From positions 28,643 to 92,642 of the forward strand of contig CAZSKP010000005.1 of NCBI GenBank assembly GCA_964607485.1: DNA of 64,000 nt. The letters are read 5' to 3'. This stretch comes from an uncultured bacterium. GTDB taxonomy: Bacteria > Abyssobacteria > SURF-5. Position numbers and translations under genes: made by a program. Below the pieces are notes generated by a model that saw nothing but the letters and a program-made list of their open reading frames with translations, had not been told where the DNA came from and did not search any database. This document shows positions 48,356 to 58,155 of this stretch, piece after piece (within the stretch, counting starts at the first letter, position 1; the number at the start of each line of letters is the position of its first letter).

Positions 48356-49286
48356 TGTCGAGATAACCACGCTGGTCGATAACACCGTCGACGCTTTGCT
48401 GGAGAGCGGCGACAACGTGAAGCGCGCTCCCAGAGTGCGTGACGGCGCGCCTGCCCCGCCGCTTCTGGCCGAGCACGGTTTCTCGGCCGTCATCCGCGTG
48501 GCCGATGGGGACGAAGCTCACACGATCCTGCTCGACGCCGGGTTCAGCGAGACCACGATGCTTATCAACGCCGACCGGCTCGGTACAGACTTCACCGAAG
48601 TCGAGGCGGTCGTCATCAGTCACGGCCACGTCGATCACATCAAGGCATTGATGCCCGCGCTCGAACGCCTGCGTGCCGGCACCCCCATAGTGATACACCC
48701 GCACGCTTTCCGGCCTCGCATCATAAAGATTCCCGGTGGCGCCCAGGTAAGGATGACGCCTCTCGACCCAGCGGCGCTCGAAGGGGCGGGAGCGAGAATA
48801 GTACGGGAGGAAGGCCCGTCATCGGTGGCCGACGGAATGATTCTCGTGACCGGCCAGATTCCGCGGACCACGGAGTTTGAATTCGGCTTCCCGGTGCAAT
48901 ACGCCGTCGTTGACGGGGTCGAGCAGCACGACCCGCTCACCCCCGACGACCAGGCGCTCGTTGCTGCCGTCAGGGGAAAAGGGCTTGTGATAATCTCAGG
49001 ATGCGCGCACGCCGGAATCATCAACACGGTGAACTACGCCCGTGAGCTGACCGGCGTGGAAAAAGTGCACGCGGTCGTCGGGGGTTTTCATCTGGCGGGG
49101 CCATTGTACGAATCGATCATCGACCCGACAGTTGCCGCAATCGAGCGAATCGCCCCCGATTTTCTCCTGCCCACTCATTGCACGGGATATAAGGCGGTAC
49201 ACGAGTTTGCCCGGCGGATGCCCGACGCGTTCATCCAGAACAGCGTCGGCACCCGATTGATCTTCGGCTCTCTCCCAAACGCTTAA
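48321..49286 (+). CDS. MBL-fold metallo-hydrolase
   Basis: AEHGFS; ILLDAG; SHGHVDH; DDQAL; SGCAHAGIIN; GGFHL; THCTG. Confidence 0.9.
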   Translation: MDKQPKMREVDSVEITTLVDNTVDALLESGDNVKRAPRVRDGAPAPPLLAEHGFSAVIRVADGDEAHTILLDAGFSETTMLINADRLGTDFTEVEAVVISHGHVDHIKALMPALERLRAGTPIVIHPHAFRPRIIKIPGGAQVRMTPLDPAALEGAGARIVREEGPSSVADGMILVTGQIPRTTEFEFGFPVQYAVVDGVEQHDPLTPDDQALVAAVRGKGLVIISGCAHAGIINTVNYARELTGVEKVHAVVGGFHLAGPLYESIIDPTVAAIERIAPDFLLPTHCTGYKAVHEFARRMPDAFIQNSVGTRLIFGSLPNA

Positions 49287-49300
49287 CGCGGAAAGGAGCG

Positions 49301-50314
49301 ATGGAAATGTTCGACAGGGAAAAATGCGACCTGTGCGGCGATTGTCTCGTGGAGTGCAAGTACACCGATTACGACCGCGAGAGCGCAATCGCCGAGATGA
49401 CCGCGCTTGTCGAGGGACGCCCGACCGACATCGTCAAGCAGTGCATCACATGCGCGGCCTGCAACGAAGTCTGCGAGAAGGGAGCGAACCCGTTCGACCT
49501 CATTTGTGAGACTCAAGAGAAGACCGGTGCGCTCAACGTGCCGGAGGCGGTCGTCGCGATGTTCGATTCAATGTGCAAAGGACGCAACGAGGTCCGCAAG
49601 GGCGCTCCCGGCAAGCCCGCCCTCTCCTCGTGCATCATCGGGCCGGCGCTGCCGCGGCCGCTTGAGGGCTCGCTTTTCGACGACCTCACTCGTATTCGGG
49701 GCGAGGACTACTTTTGCTACATCGGCTGGGTTCATCTGGGCATGTCGAGCCCGCTGGAGAAGGGTATCCAATCCTTCATTGACAACTTGGCCGCGACGGG
49801 GGAAAAGGAGATAGTGTTCGTGCACGACGACTGCTATGCCACCGTCACGAGCCAGGCGAAGCAATACGGCATCGACGTGCCGTTCCGTCCCATCCACGTA
49901 CTCGAATACCTGCGCGACCAGATGAAAGCGCGGAAGAGCGACATCAAGAAGCTGAACATGAAGATCGCATACCAGCGCCCGTGCGCCTCGCGCTACACTC
50001 CCGAGAAGGAGCCGATGGTCGATGAATTGTTCGATTTGATCGGCGTGGAGCGGGTCGCGCGAAAGTACGACCGCAAGGACGCGCTCTGCTGCGGATTGCC
50101 GCTGATGTTCCGTGATATGGAAAGGGGAGCGGAAATCCAGGCGAGGAATCTCGACGACGCCAAACAGGCCGGCGCCACCGCGATGACGTTCCTCTGCCCC
50201 GTCTGTATCCGCGGCCTGGGCACCGGCAGCATCGAACGCGGGCTCGACATATACATGGTAGGCGACCTGTGCCGGCTCGCGCTTGGGGAACAGATACCGG
50301 AGTATTCGCCGTAG
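49301..50314 (+). CDS. Fe-S oxidoreductase with CCG domain (HdrD/GlpC-like)
   Basis: CDLCGDCLVEC; CITCAACNEVC; QRPCAS; LCCG; CPVC. Confidence 0.85.
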   Translation: MEMFDREKCDLCGDCLVECKYTDYDRESAIAEMTALVEGRPTDIVKQCITCAACNEVCEKGANPFDLICETQEKTGALNVPEAVVAMFDSMCKGRNEVRKGAPGKPALSSCIIGPALPRPLEGSLFDDLTRIRGEDYFCYIGWVHLGMSSPLEKGIQSFIDNLAATGEKEIVFVHDDCYATVTSQAKQYGIDVPFRPIHVLEYLRDQMKARKSDIKKLNMKIAYQRPCASRYTPEKEPMVDELFDLIGVERVARKYDRKDALCCGLPLMFRDMERGAEIQARNLDDAKQAGATAMTFLCPVCIRGLGTGSIERGLDIYMVGDLCRLALGEQIPEYSP

Positions 50315-50467
50315 CGCTTTGTTGACTGTATTTTCGGCCGTCGATTCGTTCTCATAGAAGCTTCCGGCCGCGAGGCGCTGCGCCTGATTCTGCATTTGCG
50401 CTTCCGGATTTTTCAGGGTAATATAGAGAATCATGGGGACCAGGCGGAAAGGCGGAGGGCTTTAATC

Positions 50468-51613
50468 ATGAAGGGTAAACAATCCACGGTCGTAATTATC
50501 GTAGTAGTTGTCGCCGTTTTGATTGTCATCGGCCTGCTTTACCGGAGGTCCGCCGAAAGGCAGAGGAAGGCCGAAGAAGACAAACAAGCCACAGAGCAGG
50601 CGCGTCTGGCAAGGGAGGCGCAGGCGAAACGAGAGAGGATGGAAGCCGGGAAAGTCCCCGAAGCGCCGGCTGTTCCCGCTCCCGAGGAGGCCGCCCCGTC
50701 CGAACCCACGGAGCCGGCTAAGCCGCTCCCGTTCGAACCGGTCCCGATCGAACCTGCCGTTGAGGTCCCGATGCCTCCTCCAATCTCCGATGCGAAGTGC
50801 ACACCCGACTCTCCGGCCATGGTCAAGAAGAGACAGGCTGCCGTTCCCGAGGGAATGGTGTATGTTTCGAGCGGGGTGTTCATCATGGGCAGCTCGCCCG
50901 ATGCGGGCTACACCGACGAAACGCCGGCTCACCGCGTGTGTCTCAGCGGCTTCTATATCGATAAGTACGAGGTAACCAACGCCCAGTTTAAGAAGTTTGT
51001 GGATGCCACCGGCTATGTCACGGATGCGGAAAAGGACGTCGCATCCCAGGGCGGTCGCACCTGGCGCCACCCTTACGGTCCCGAATCGAATGCGGACGAT
51101 ATGCCCAATTATCCCGTCCTCTGCGTGAGCTGGAACGACGCGAACGCCTATGCAAACTGGGCCGGGAAGAGACTCCCGACCGAGGCCGAGTGGGAAAAGG
51201 CCGCGCGCGGAACCGACGGCCGGATCTACCCGTGGGGAAACGCGGAGCCTAATGCGGCATCGGCGAACATAGCCGATAAGAGCACAGGGCTCAAGTGGAG
51301 CAACGCATCTCTCGACGATAAACACAAGACGGCGGCGCCCGTGGGAAGCTTTCCCGGCGGAAAGAGCGCTTACGGGGCAGAGGACATGGCGGGCAACGTG
51401 TGGGAATGGTGTCTCGACTGGTGGGACAGCGATTTTTATAAGAACAGTCCCTCGCAGAATCCGACCGGTCCGCAGGCGGGAGAATTCAAAGTCATACGCG
51501 GCGGCTCGTGGTTTTACAACGCCGCCGGAGCGAAGGCGGCCCGCAGGATGTACTTCAGGCCGACGGGCAGCAGCGCCGCCATCGGATTCCGTTGCGTCAA
51601 GGATGTGGGATAG
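50468..51613 (+). CDS. Membrane-anchored FGE/SUMF1-domain protein
   Basis: N-terminal TM; Pro-rich linker; FIMGS, EVTNAQF, VSWNDA, RLPTEAEWEKAARG, DMAGNVWEW, IGFRC. Confidence 0.88.
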   Translation: MKGKQSTVVIIVVVVAVLIVIGLLYRRSAERQRKAEEDKQATEQARLAREAQAKRERMEAGKVPEAPAVPAPEEAAPSEPTEPAKPLPFEPVPIEPAVEVPMPPPISDAKCTPDSPAMVKKRQAAVPEGMVYVSSGVFIMGSSPDAGYTDETPAHRVCLSGFYIDKYEVTNAQFKKFVDATGYVTDAEKDVASQGGRTWRHPYGPESNADDMPNYPVLCVSWNDANAYANWAGKRLPTEAEWEKAARGTDGRIYPWGNAEPNAASANIADKSTGLKWSNASLDDKHKTAAPVGSFPGGKSAYGAEDMAGNVWEWCLDWWDSDFYKNSPSQNPTGPQAGEFKVIRGGSWFYNAAGAKAARRMYFRPTGSSAAIGFRCVKDVG

Positions 51614-51634
51614 AATTCCACTGGAGCGATTGAT

Positions 51635-52429
51635 ATGCGAGTGCGTTGGAGATATCTGGTCGCGGCCACGCTGGTTGCGTCGGCGCTTGGATGCGCCTCT
51701 CTGCCTCTGACGGAACGGCCGGAGATCGAAGCTGTTCGTCCGCGGATAAGCGGCATCGATTTTCAGGGAGTGAACATGGCCTTCGACGTCGATGTCCGCA
51801 ACCCTTATCCTCTTCCCCTTCGCACACCCCGCTTTCGATATGGAATTGATATAGAAGGTTCCAGATTCTTCGATTCAGAGGCCGCATCCGGTATCGACCT
51901 CCCCGCAAGCGGAGTGGGCACCGTGACACTGCCCATGCGACTGTCTTACTCCGACCTGTGGCGTACCTATGGGAACCTCGCCGGCGCTTCCCAGGCTGAC
52001 TATACCCTTCGCGGCGCACTGCTAATTCCCGTCGCAGGACGGTCGCTGGAGCTTCCCCTCTCACACAGCGGAACATTTCCCATTCTTCGACCGCCCACGT
52101 TCTCGGACATCAAGGTTCAGCTTGGCGATGTTTCTCTCACCAGGGCAGGAGTGAGCGTTGACGCGGTGATGAAAAACCCCAATGCCTTCGCTCTGGGTCT
52201 GGAACACCTCGGTTATGCGCTCAAACTGGGCGACGCCAAGCTAGGCGGCCTCACGGCGACAACCGCCAGCACACTGGCCGCCGGCCAGACGGGACGGATG
52301 ACTCTCTCGGGCGAGGTTTCTGCGGCAAGCGCCTTGTTCAACATGCTCATGAGTGGAGGCAAGGGCGGGGCGGAAATTGTCCCGTCAGGGTCGATCCAAA
52401 CACCGTATGGAACGGTGAAACTTCCATGA
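51635..52429 (+). CDS. LEA_2/WHy-domain lipoprotein (two domains)
   Basis: Lipobox ALGC; two NP(Y/N) WHy motifs (VRNPYPLPL, MKNPNAFAL). Confidence 0.82.
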   Translation: MRVRWRYLVAATLVASALGCASLPLTERPEIEAVRPRISGIDFQGVNMAFDVDVRNPYPLPLRTPRFRYGIDIEGSRFFDSEAASGIDLPASGVGTVTLPMRLSYSDLWRTYGNLAGASQADYTLRGALLIPVAGRSLELPLSHSGTFPILRPPTFSDIKVQLGDVSLTRAGVSVDAVMKNPNAFALGLEHLGYALKLGDAKLGGLTATTASTLAAGQTGRMTLSGEVSAASALFNMLMSGGKGGAEIVPSGSIQTPYGTVKLP

Positions 52430-52510
52430 CGAGGCCGAAGCGAGCCCCGATGAGTATGGGTGGAAGCGGCGTGGACGGACTGCCTAGTTTCTGAGAAGAA
52501 GGAAATAGGA

Positions 52511-53554
52511 ATGGACGCGTTGGTGAAGCTGAGCAGCGTGGTGGGGCTTTCTCTCACCTCGGGGATAAATCTCTACGCGACCGTGGCTGTCGTGGGGCTC
52601 GTCACGAAGTTCGACATGATAAAGGGACTGCCTCCCGAATTCCAGGCATTCAACAATAACTTCATTATTATCCTCGCCATAGTTCTCTACCTTTGCGAAT
52701 TTGCAGCCGACAAGATTCCCGCCTTCGACACCGTCTGGGACAGCGTGCACACCATAATTCGACCGTTCGGAGCGGCATTGGTCTCGCTGGCAGCCGTCGG
52801 CGAGGCAGGCCCGTCGGTAGAGGTCGGCGTCGCACTGCTCGGCGCGAGCCTTGCGCTGGCCACCCACACGGCGAAGGCGGGCACCCGGCTGGTGGTCAAT
52901 ACCAGTCCCGAGCCGTTCTCGAATATCGCCCTCAGCCTCGCGGAGGACGTAGGAGTGGTGGGGATGTCGCTTCTCGTCATGTCTCACCCAATTATCTCGC
53001 TTGTGGTCAGCCTGGTAGTCCTGGTTCTCCTTATAAAGTTCGGACCCGGGCTGTGGAGAGGAGCCATCCTGATTGTCAGGGCGATTCCGGCAAAACTCTT
53101 CTCGGGAGCATCCGGCGGGGGAGAAGCGGGGCTGAAAGAATTTCTGCCTGATAGCATCGAGGAGGCGATCGACGCTGAGACGTCAAAGAACGAAGAAGTT
53201 CAGGCTTCCATGAAATGCTTCGCGCGTAAGGTGAAGGGATGCGGAAGAAATAAGAAGGGATACCTCGTCCTGACCGATAACCGGCTGCTCTTTGCGTTTC
53301 GAAAATTTTTCAGAACGAGAGTGAAGCAGTGGAAGCTCGCGGACGTGGACAAGGTAAGGCTGAACAGGAGATTCCTGTTGGATGTGCTCGGAGTCAAGAG
53401 CGAGGGAAGATTCCTGCAGTTCATCTTCCTGAAGAACAAGTCCGCTTCCGCCGGCCGACTGTGCGAAGTGCTGGATGAAAAGCTCGGCCGCCCGGATTCA
53501 AGAGAAGTCGCGCCGGGAGAGGCGGCGAGCGGCGCTGATATCGCCGGCGAATAG
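52511..53554 (+). CDS. DUF4126-family membrane protein with C-terminal PH-like domain
   Basis: SGINLYAT; EFAADKIPAFDTVWD; HTAKAGTR; NTSPEPFSN; SLAED; C-terminal GYLVLTDNRLLF. Confidence 0.8.
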   Translation: MDALVKLSSVVGLSLTSGINLYATVAVVGLVTKFDMIKGLPPEFQAFNNNFIIILAIVLYLCEFAADKIPAFDTVWDSVHTIIRPFGAALVSLAAVGEAGPSVEVGVALLGASLALATHTAKAGTRLVVNTSPEPFSNIALSLAEDVGVVGMSLLVMSHPIISLVVSLVVLVLLIKFGPGLWRGAILIVRAIPAKLFSGASGGGEAGLKEFLPDSIEEAIDAETSKNEEVQASMKCFARKVKGCGRNKKGYLVLTDNRLLFAFRKFFRTRVKQWKLADVDKVRLNRRFLLDVLGVKSEGRFLQFIFLKNKSASAGRLCEVLDEKLGRPDSREVAPGEAASGADIAGE

Positions 53555-53562
53555 TCCCCCCA

Positions 53563-54330
53563 TCAGTACAGAAGCCTGCTCCATTGCAGTAGTCCCATGA
53601 ACACGAGCGCCGCCGACATTGCGACGCCGAAGAGCACGTCAACCCCGCCAATTGAAAAATCGTCCATTGCGTAGAACTTTCCCTTGAAACCTCGACATAA
53701 CATGGCGGCATAGACTGCCTGCGCGCTTTCGTAACTGCTCACCAAAAGCATCCCCACCATGTTCGCGTACGACCGATACGTATGCAGGTTGGCGCCGGGC
53801 CGGAAGCAGCGCACCTTCATCGAGGCCCTGAGCCGCAGATACTCGCGGTTTATCACGCCGAGATACCGAAGCATGAAGAGGAGCACGTGGATTATCTTTT
53901 CGGGAACGTGCAGCCTGCCGAGGGCGCGGCCGATGTCGGTCAGGTGTGTCGTCGAGAGAAGAGCGATGCACGTGAGGACGATGGCGTTCGATTTAACGGT
54001 GATGAGGAGCGCGTAGGCAGCCCCTTCGCGCGAGAACGCCAGCGGGCCGACGTGGAACACGACCTCGCCGGGATAGGTGAACGGCAGCATGAGCCACAAC
54101 AGAAGCATGAACCCGTTGACGAGCAGCATTCGATACGCGATCGCCCGGGCGGGCAGCCTCGCCACCGAGGCGAGCACAACCGCCAGCCCCAGTGCCAGCA
54201 TCAGCGCGGGAAAGCGGTCTGCCACGGCCGTCAAGATTGAAAAAGCTACGGCGGCGACGATTTTCACCCGCGGGTCGAGCCGGTGAACGAAAGAATCACC
54301 GTCGGCAAACGTTTCTTCCAGCATGCTCAT
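53563..54330 (-). CDS. ECF transporter T component CbiQ/NikQ
   Basis: HRLDPRVK; LRYLGVI.REY.RLRASMKVRCF; VYAAMLCRGF. Confidence 0.92.
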   Translation of the reverse strand: MSMLEETFADGDSFVHRLDPRVKIVAAVAFSILTAVADRFPALMLALGLAVVLASVARLPARAIAYRMLLVNGFMLLLWLMLPFTYPGEVVFHVGPLAFSREGAAYALLITVKSNAIVLTCIALLSTTHLTDIGRALGRLHVPEKIIHVLLFMLRYLGVINREYLRLRASMKVRCFRPGANLHTYRSYANMVGMLLVSSYESAQAVYAAMLCRGFKGKFYAMDDFSIGGVDVLFGVAMSAALVFMGLLQWSRLLY

Positions 54331-54989
54331 TATTGCCGCCTCTGGAGTCGTCTGCTGCGAAAATACAGCGCCAATCCCATCAAACCGATAATATAACCGA
54401 TCCCGCCGACGATGTCGGAAAACCTCTCCCTGTCCTTGGATTCCTCGATGGCTCTGCGAATGGGCGCCAACTGTCGGGCGAGCGCTTCATCGATGGCCCG
54501 TTCAATGTCAGTCATGGCGGGTGTGGGCTCTATCGGTGCATCCTCAGGTTTTGCTGTGGGCTCTTTCGGAACCCCCGCGGGTGGAGCTTCAGGAGCCGTT
54601 CCCGTGGGTATATCCTCAGGCAGGCCGCCGGGAAGTTCGCTCGCCTGAATCGTGTATTCAGCCCTGTGGCCCATCGACGCAGTGAGGCGTATCAGCAGGT
54701 TCGCCCTGACCGGAGGATGGAACGAAAACGTGCCTTCGGCGTCGGTCTTGCCTTCGAGGAGTTTCTTCCCCTTGTCATCGAACACCTCGATGGTCGAGTC
54801 GCGGCATTTGCGCCCGTCGTTGAAGTAGCTTTCGGTAACCACGTTATCACCTTCCACGTAGGCGAACACGTTTACCTTGTGAGCCCACGCGGTCGATGGC
54901 GCGAGAAGCCCGGTGAGTAAACAGATGACCATGAGGGAGAATATTCTCGAACACCGACTTCTACGTCTTGCTGAACTGAGAGTGGGCAT
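54330..54989 (-). CDS. NikL/CbiL-like accessory protein of a Ni/Co ECF system
   Basis: Signal peptide ending AWA, then HKVNVFAYVEG; GKTDAEGTFSF; GHRAE; C-terminal TM IVGGIGYIIGLMGL; lies between M and Q. Confidence 0.75.
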   Translation of the reverse strand: MPTLSSARRRSRCSRIFSLMVICLLTGLLAPSTAWAHKVNVFAYVEGDNVVTESYFNDGRKCRDSTIEVFDDKGKKLLEGKTDAEGTFSFHPPVRANLLIRLTASMGHRAEYTIQASELPGGLPEDIPTGTAPEAPPAGVPKEPTAKPEDAPIEPTPAMTDIERAIDEALARQLAPIRRAIEESKDRERFSDIVGGIGYIIGLMGLALYFRSRRLQRRQ

Positions 54990-55593
54990 AGGGCGCCTCC
55001 AGGATTTCCGGCTTGACCTTTTTCAGGAAGCCAACAACGAAAGTGGTCACCACTCCCTCGACAACCATTACGGGCAGGTGTGCGACCAACACGACCTTTG
55101 CGACTTCCAGGAACGATTCCTCCGACCAGACGAGTGAAAGTGCGACCATCAGGCCGCTCAACAGGATGGCGATGGCGCCGCACGCGAACGCTGCCGTCGC
55201 CGATACAAAAGCGCGCGAGCTGTGAATGAAGCGTCCGAACAGCAGAAAGCATATCACTGCGGGTAGGGCCATGTTCAGCGTATTTACGCCGAGCGTCGTC
55301 AGGCCGCCGAATTGAAACATGATCCCCTGCAGGAATAGAGCCACCAAAATCGCAGGGAAAGCCTCCCAGCCGAGCAACACTCCTGCGAGCCCGTTGAGCA
55401 CCAGATGAACGCTCACAAAGGGGCCGACGGGCAAGTGTATGAGCGACGCCACGAAGAACGCGCACGAGACGAGCGCCACCTGAGGAACCCGCTCGTAATC
55501 CATTTTCTTCAAGGCGTAGGCGACGCCGGCGGCGGTCAAACCACCGCCGGCAACCAGGACTGCGGGCGATAAAACGCCTTCGGAAATGTGCAT
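54961..55593 (-). CDS. Ni/Co ECF S component CbiM/NikM
   Basis: N-terminal metal-binding MHISEGVL; AFFVASLIH; SVHLVLNGL; GGLTTLGVN; EGVVT. Confidence 0.93.
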   Translation of the reverse strand: MHISEGVLSPAVLVAGGGLTAAGVAYALKKMDYERVPQVALVSCAFFVASLIHLPVGPFVSVHLVLNGLAGVLLGWEAFPAILVALFLQGIMFQFGGLTTLGVNTLNMALPAVICFLLFGRFIHSSRAFVSATAAFACGAIAILLSGLMVALSLVWSEESFLEVAKVVLVAHLPVMVVEGVVTTFVVGFLKKVKPEILEAPYAHSQFSKT

Positions 55594-55600
55594 CGCCTTA

Positions 55601-56383
55601 TTACTCCATCTCGCGGGTGTTGACCCATATCAGCGCGCCGATTTCGACGGGCACCTCGTCGCCGTCGGGATTCTTGAGCTTTTCGTCGGCCTCGCTCAGC
55701 GCGGCGAACCCCCACCAGCCCGCCTTCGGCATCGCGTAACTGAACACGCCGTTGGCATCGGCCTTGACCACCTGGGTGATGAACGGGTCGGCGGGCGGCT
55801 TGACCTTTCCGTCCTCATTGAAGTATTCCACCTCGACCTCGGCGTAGGGAACCGGCTTGCCGTCCTTCTTCACGATTCCGCGGAACACGTTGCCGGCCCA
55901 CAGCCCGTACGGGCGCGTGAGCGGCACGATCTCCGTCTTCAGCCCGAGTTCCTCATCCCAGCCCTGCTCGAGGCCCATCGCGTTCACCACGACCTTCGTG
56001 TAATGAACAATCATGAGGCCTTCGGCTGGCTCCCAGTAGGGGGCGGGCTCGACATAGAACACGTGGTCGCCCGGCCGCTTGATTTCATACGTTGTCTTGA
56101 AGGCGGAGTGGCCCTTGTAGGTCATCGGCTCGAGGGCACCGAGCAGGTCGTGCTTCTTGCCTCCAATGAACACCCCGAACTCGGTCGGCTTCGCCATATC
56201 CATGGAATGGCCTTCCATAGGGTGTATGAACATCAGCCGCAGGGACAGCTCTCTGCTGTCCCTCGGCGAGACGATGTCCGTTGAGGGCACTATCATCTGG
56301 AAGTGTGCAAGGGCCGGCGACGCGGCTGCAAGGGTGAGAATCAAGGCAATGAGTAAACGAGACAATGTTCCAGTGGTTTTCAT
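55601..56383 (-). CDS. DUF4198-family periplasmic protein (NikK-like)
   Basis: Signal peptide ending ALA, then HFQMIVP; HPMEG; PAPYWEP.E; [15 protein letters not shown]; GWWGFAAL. Confidence 0.85.
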   Translation of the reverse strand: MKTTGTLSRLLIALILTLAAASPALAHFQMIVPSTDIVSPRDSRELSLRLMFIHPMEGHSMDMAKPTEFGVFIGGKKHDLLGALEPMTYKGHSAFKTTYEIKRPGDHVFYVEPAPYWEPAEGLMIVHYTKVVVNAMGLEQGWDEELGLKTEIVPLTRPYGLWAGNVFRGIVKKDGKPVPYAEVEVEYFNEDGKVKPPADPFITQVVKADANGVFSYAMPKAGWWGFAALSEADEKLKNPDGDEVPVEIGALIWVNTREME

Positions 56384-56414
56384 AACGGCATTCTCCTTGT
56401 CGTTGTAAATTCTA

Positions 56415-57722
56415 TCAAAAATCAACCTGCGCGCGTGTGCCGAGAACGGTCACGGTGTCGTTGTCGGCATCGCCCCCCGGATTGTCGATGACCTGAATAT
56501 CGGGAGAGAGGCGGAACTGGTCGCTGAACATGATGCTGTAGTATGCTTCAAAAAGCGTCTCGGTGTCATCGGGCTCGACTCTGTCGCTTATGAGCGCCTG
56601 CGAGACCGCGAAGCCAAGCACGTCGTTCTCGCGGTTCCACTTCCTCCCGCGTATCTCAGCGCCCGCGCTCCATGTTCCCTCGACCTCGTACACGTCCTTA
56701 TCCGCATATCCCGCCCGGAGGAACGCGGTGAGGCAATCGGTGAGCTGCTGGTCAAAGCTCAGGCCGACACCCCAGCCGTTCTTGTGAGAGTCGCCGTCGC
56801 CCAGCTTCTCCTTGTCGGAACCGTTGACCCAGGCGTAGAACCGGTAGTTGCCTTCCCTTTCGCTCAAATTCGGCTTGAAATCCACCTCCATGATGCCGAA
56901 GCCGTCATTCGCAATGTCTTCCCAGTCGGCATCGCTTTCGGCCCAGCCGAGACTGAACTGAATCAGGTCGGATGGATAAACGGCAAGCAGTGCGCCTGCC
57001 CCGTTTTCCTCGGGAAACTCGACTGCGATAGAGTTGACGAGCCCGGAGTTGAGGAACTGAAATCTCTCGTCGTTGGCCACTGTGTTCGTGTCGAAATAGT
57101 TGGTCATGTCGAGTTTGCCGGCGGCGAGCGCGACGCGGTCATCACAGAAGGAATGCTGATACCATGCCTCTGTCACTTCCAGGCCACTCTCGCTGTCGCC
57201 GGCGTCGTCGTTCACGTTGTGAAAGAGACCCTCAAGCTCATCGGTCAGTCCGTCGCCCTGAGCGGCCTCGATGAGCATAAAGGCCAAGCCGCGCTCTCCG
57301 ACGGGCGACTCGAGCTCAAGGTCCATCGACCACGAGCCATCCGTCCGGTCCCGATTCTCACCGCTGATGTCCTCGCCGTCGATGCTGCCCTGTACGACGC
57401 CGGTGAGGCCGACGGCGATCCGCAGGTTCCCCAATTGCTCGCCCACCCCGCTGCGGTCGTGCAGGATATGTTTATCAAGGTGCGGCTCAAACATCCGTGC
57501 CATTTCTTCGGGCGAGGGAAGCTGCGCCTGCAAATCTCTTATGAGCTGTTCCTGATGCCTGATTGTTTGACCTTGTTGCTGAACCACCTCCTGAAGTTGG
57601 GTGACCATCTGTTTGAGTTCTTCGAGTTGCTGTTCCACCGTGTCCGCATGGCTTCTGGATGCCGGAAGCATCGCCGCCATCGCGACGGCAGCCAGCGCGA
57701 GCCCGCGCGTGAGTCCTTTCAT
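56415..57722 (-). CDS. OprB-like (carbohydrate-selective) porin with N-terminal coiled coil
   Basis: Signal peptide; coiled coil [21 protein letters not shown]; EAWYQH; [15 protein letters not shown]; EAYY; SPDIQ; terminal aromatic VDF. Confidence 0.8.
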   Translation of the reverse strand: MKGLTRGLALAAVAMAAMLPASRSHADTVEQQLEELKQMVTQLQEVVQQQGQTIRHQEQLIRDLQAQLPSPEEMARMFEPHLDKHILHDRSGVGEQLGNLRIAVGLTGVVQGSIDGEDISGENRDRTDGSWSMDLELESPVGERGLAFMLIEAAQGDGLTDELEGLFHNVNDDAGDSESGLEVTEAWYQHSFCDDRVALAAGKLDMTNYFDTNTVANDERFQFLNSGLVNSIAVEFPEENGAGALLAVYPSDLIQFSLGWAESDADWEDIANDGFGIMEVDFKPNLSEREGNYRFYAWVNGSDKEKLGDGDSHKNGWGVGLSFDQQLTDCLTAFLRAGYADKDVYEVEGTWSAGAEIRGRKWNRENDVLGFAVSQALISDRVEPDDTETLFEAYYSIMFSDQFRLSPDIQVIDNPGGDADNDTVTVLGTRAQVDF

Positions 57723-57848
57723 GTTTGCCGTCCTTTCCCTTTCGGACTCCGGGGGCAATCTCCGATATTGCGCCGAGTAACGCCCATAAGAGCGCATCCG
57801 GAGACTCATCGCCTCTGCGACAAGGTACAATTCTCCTTCCGTTTCCCC

Positions 57849-57952
57849 AAAAAAAATCACGAAGGGGCGGCGTCCGCTTCGTGCCGACGCGCCGACCTTC
57901 GTGGTCAGCTTTGGGAAATACTACTGTATTCGGCCGGGCCTTCGTGGCCCGG
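57849..57952 (-). promoter_or_regulatory. Putative transcription attenuator: three C-ACGAA-G hairpins plus a mutually exclusive intrinsic terminator
   Basis: HP1 57952-57934, HP2 57909-57891, HP3 57890-57870; CCUUCGUG at 57865-57858 followed by A and U8 (57856-57849). Confidence 0.75.
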
Positions 57953-57966
57953 GTTGTCGAGCGTTC

Positions 57967-58155
57967 TCAGCTCTTCTCGAGGAGTATCTTGTGGTCAATC
58001 AGGCGAATCTCTTTTATGCGCGCGCTGACGGTCTTCTGTTCGCCGAAAGCGCTTCGCAGATACACTCCGTCGCCTTCAGGACGCAAGATATCCACGCTCT
58101 CGAGCAGCATCTGCTCCTTGCCGTTTTCCAGGATGTAGGCGTTTGCTTCACACAT
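57967..58155 (-). CDS. cooT: CooT-family nickel-binding protein
   Basis: 62 aa, N-terminal MCE, LESV, FGEQK.V.ARIKEI.L..HKILL; start overlaps the upstream stop (ATGTGTGA). Confidence 0.85.
   Translation of the reverse strand: MCEANAYILENGKEQMLLESVDILRPEGDGVYLRSAFGEQKTVSARIKEIRLIDHKILLEKS

Noticed and set aside
24336-50314. Selenocysteine or pyrrolysine read-through in the redox enzymes
   Set aside because: AOR, DUF2148, OYE and CCG proteins are complete without internal stops
57723-57860. Track start of the porin ORF at 57860
   Set aside because: It would begin inside the terminator; ATG 57722 has an SD and gives a proper signal peptide
57858-57946. CACGAAG repeats as a mini-CRISPR or His-Glu leader peptide
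   Set aside because: Repeats are only 7-9 nt with unequal spacing (43 and 20 nt), there are no cas genes, and the three CAC codons are not in one frame
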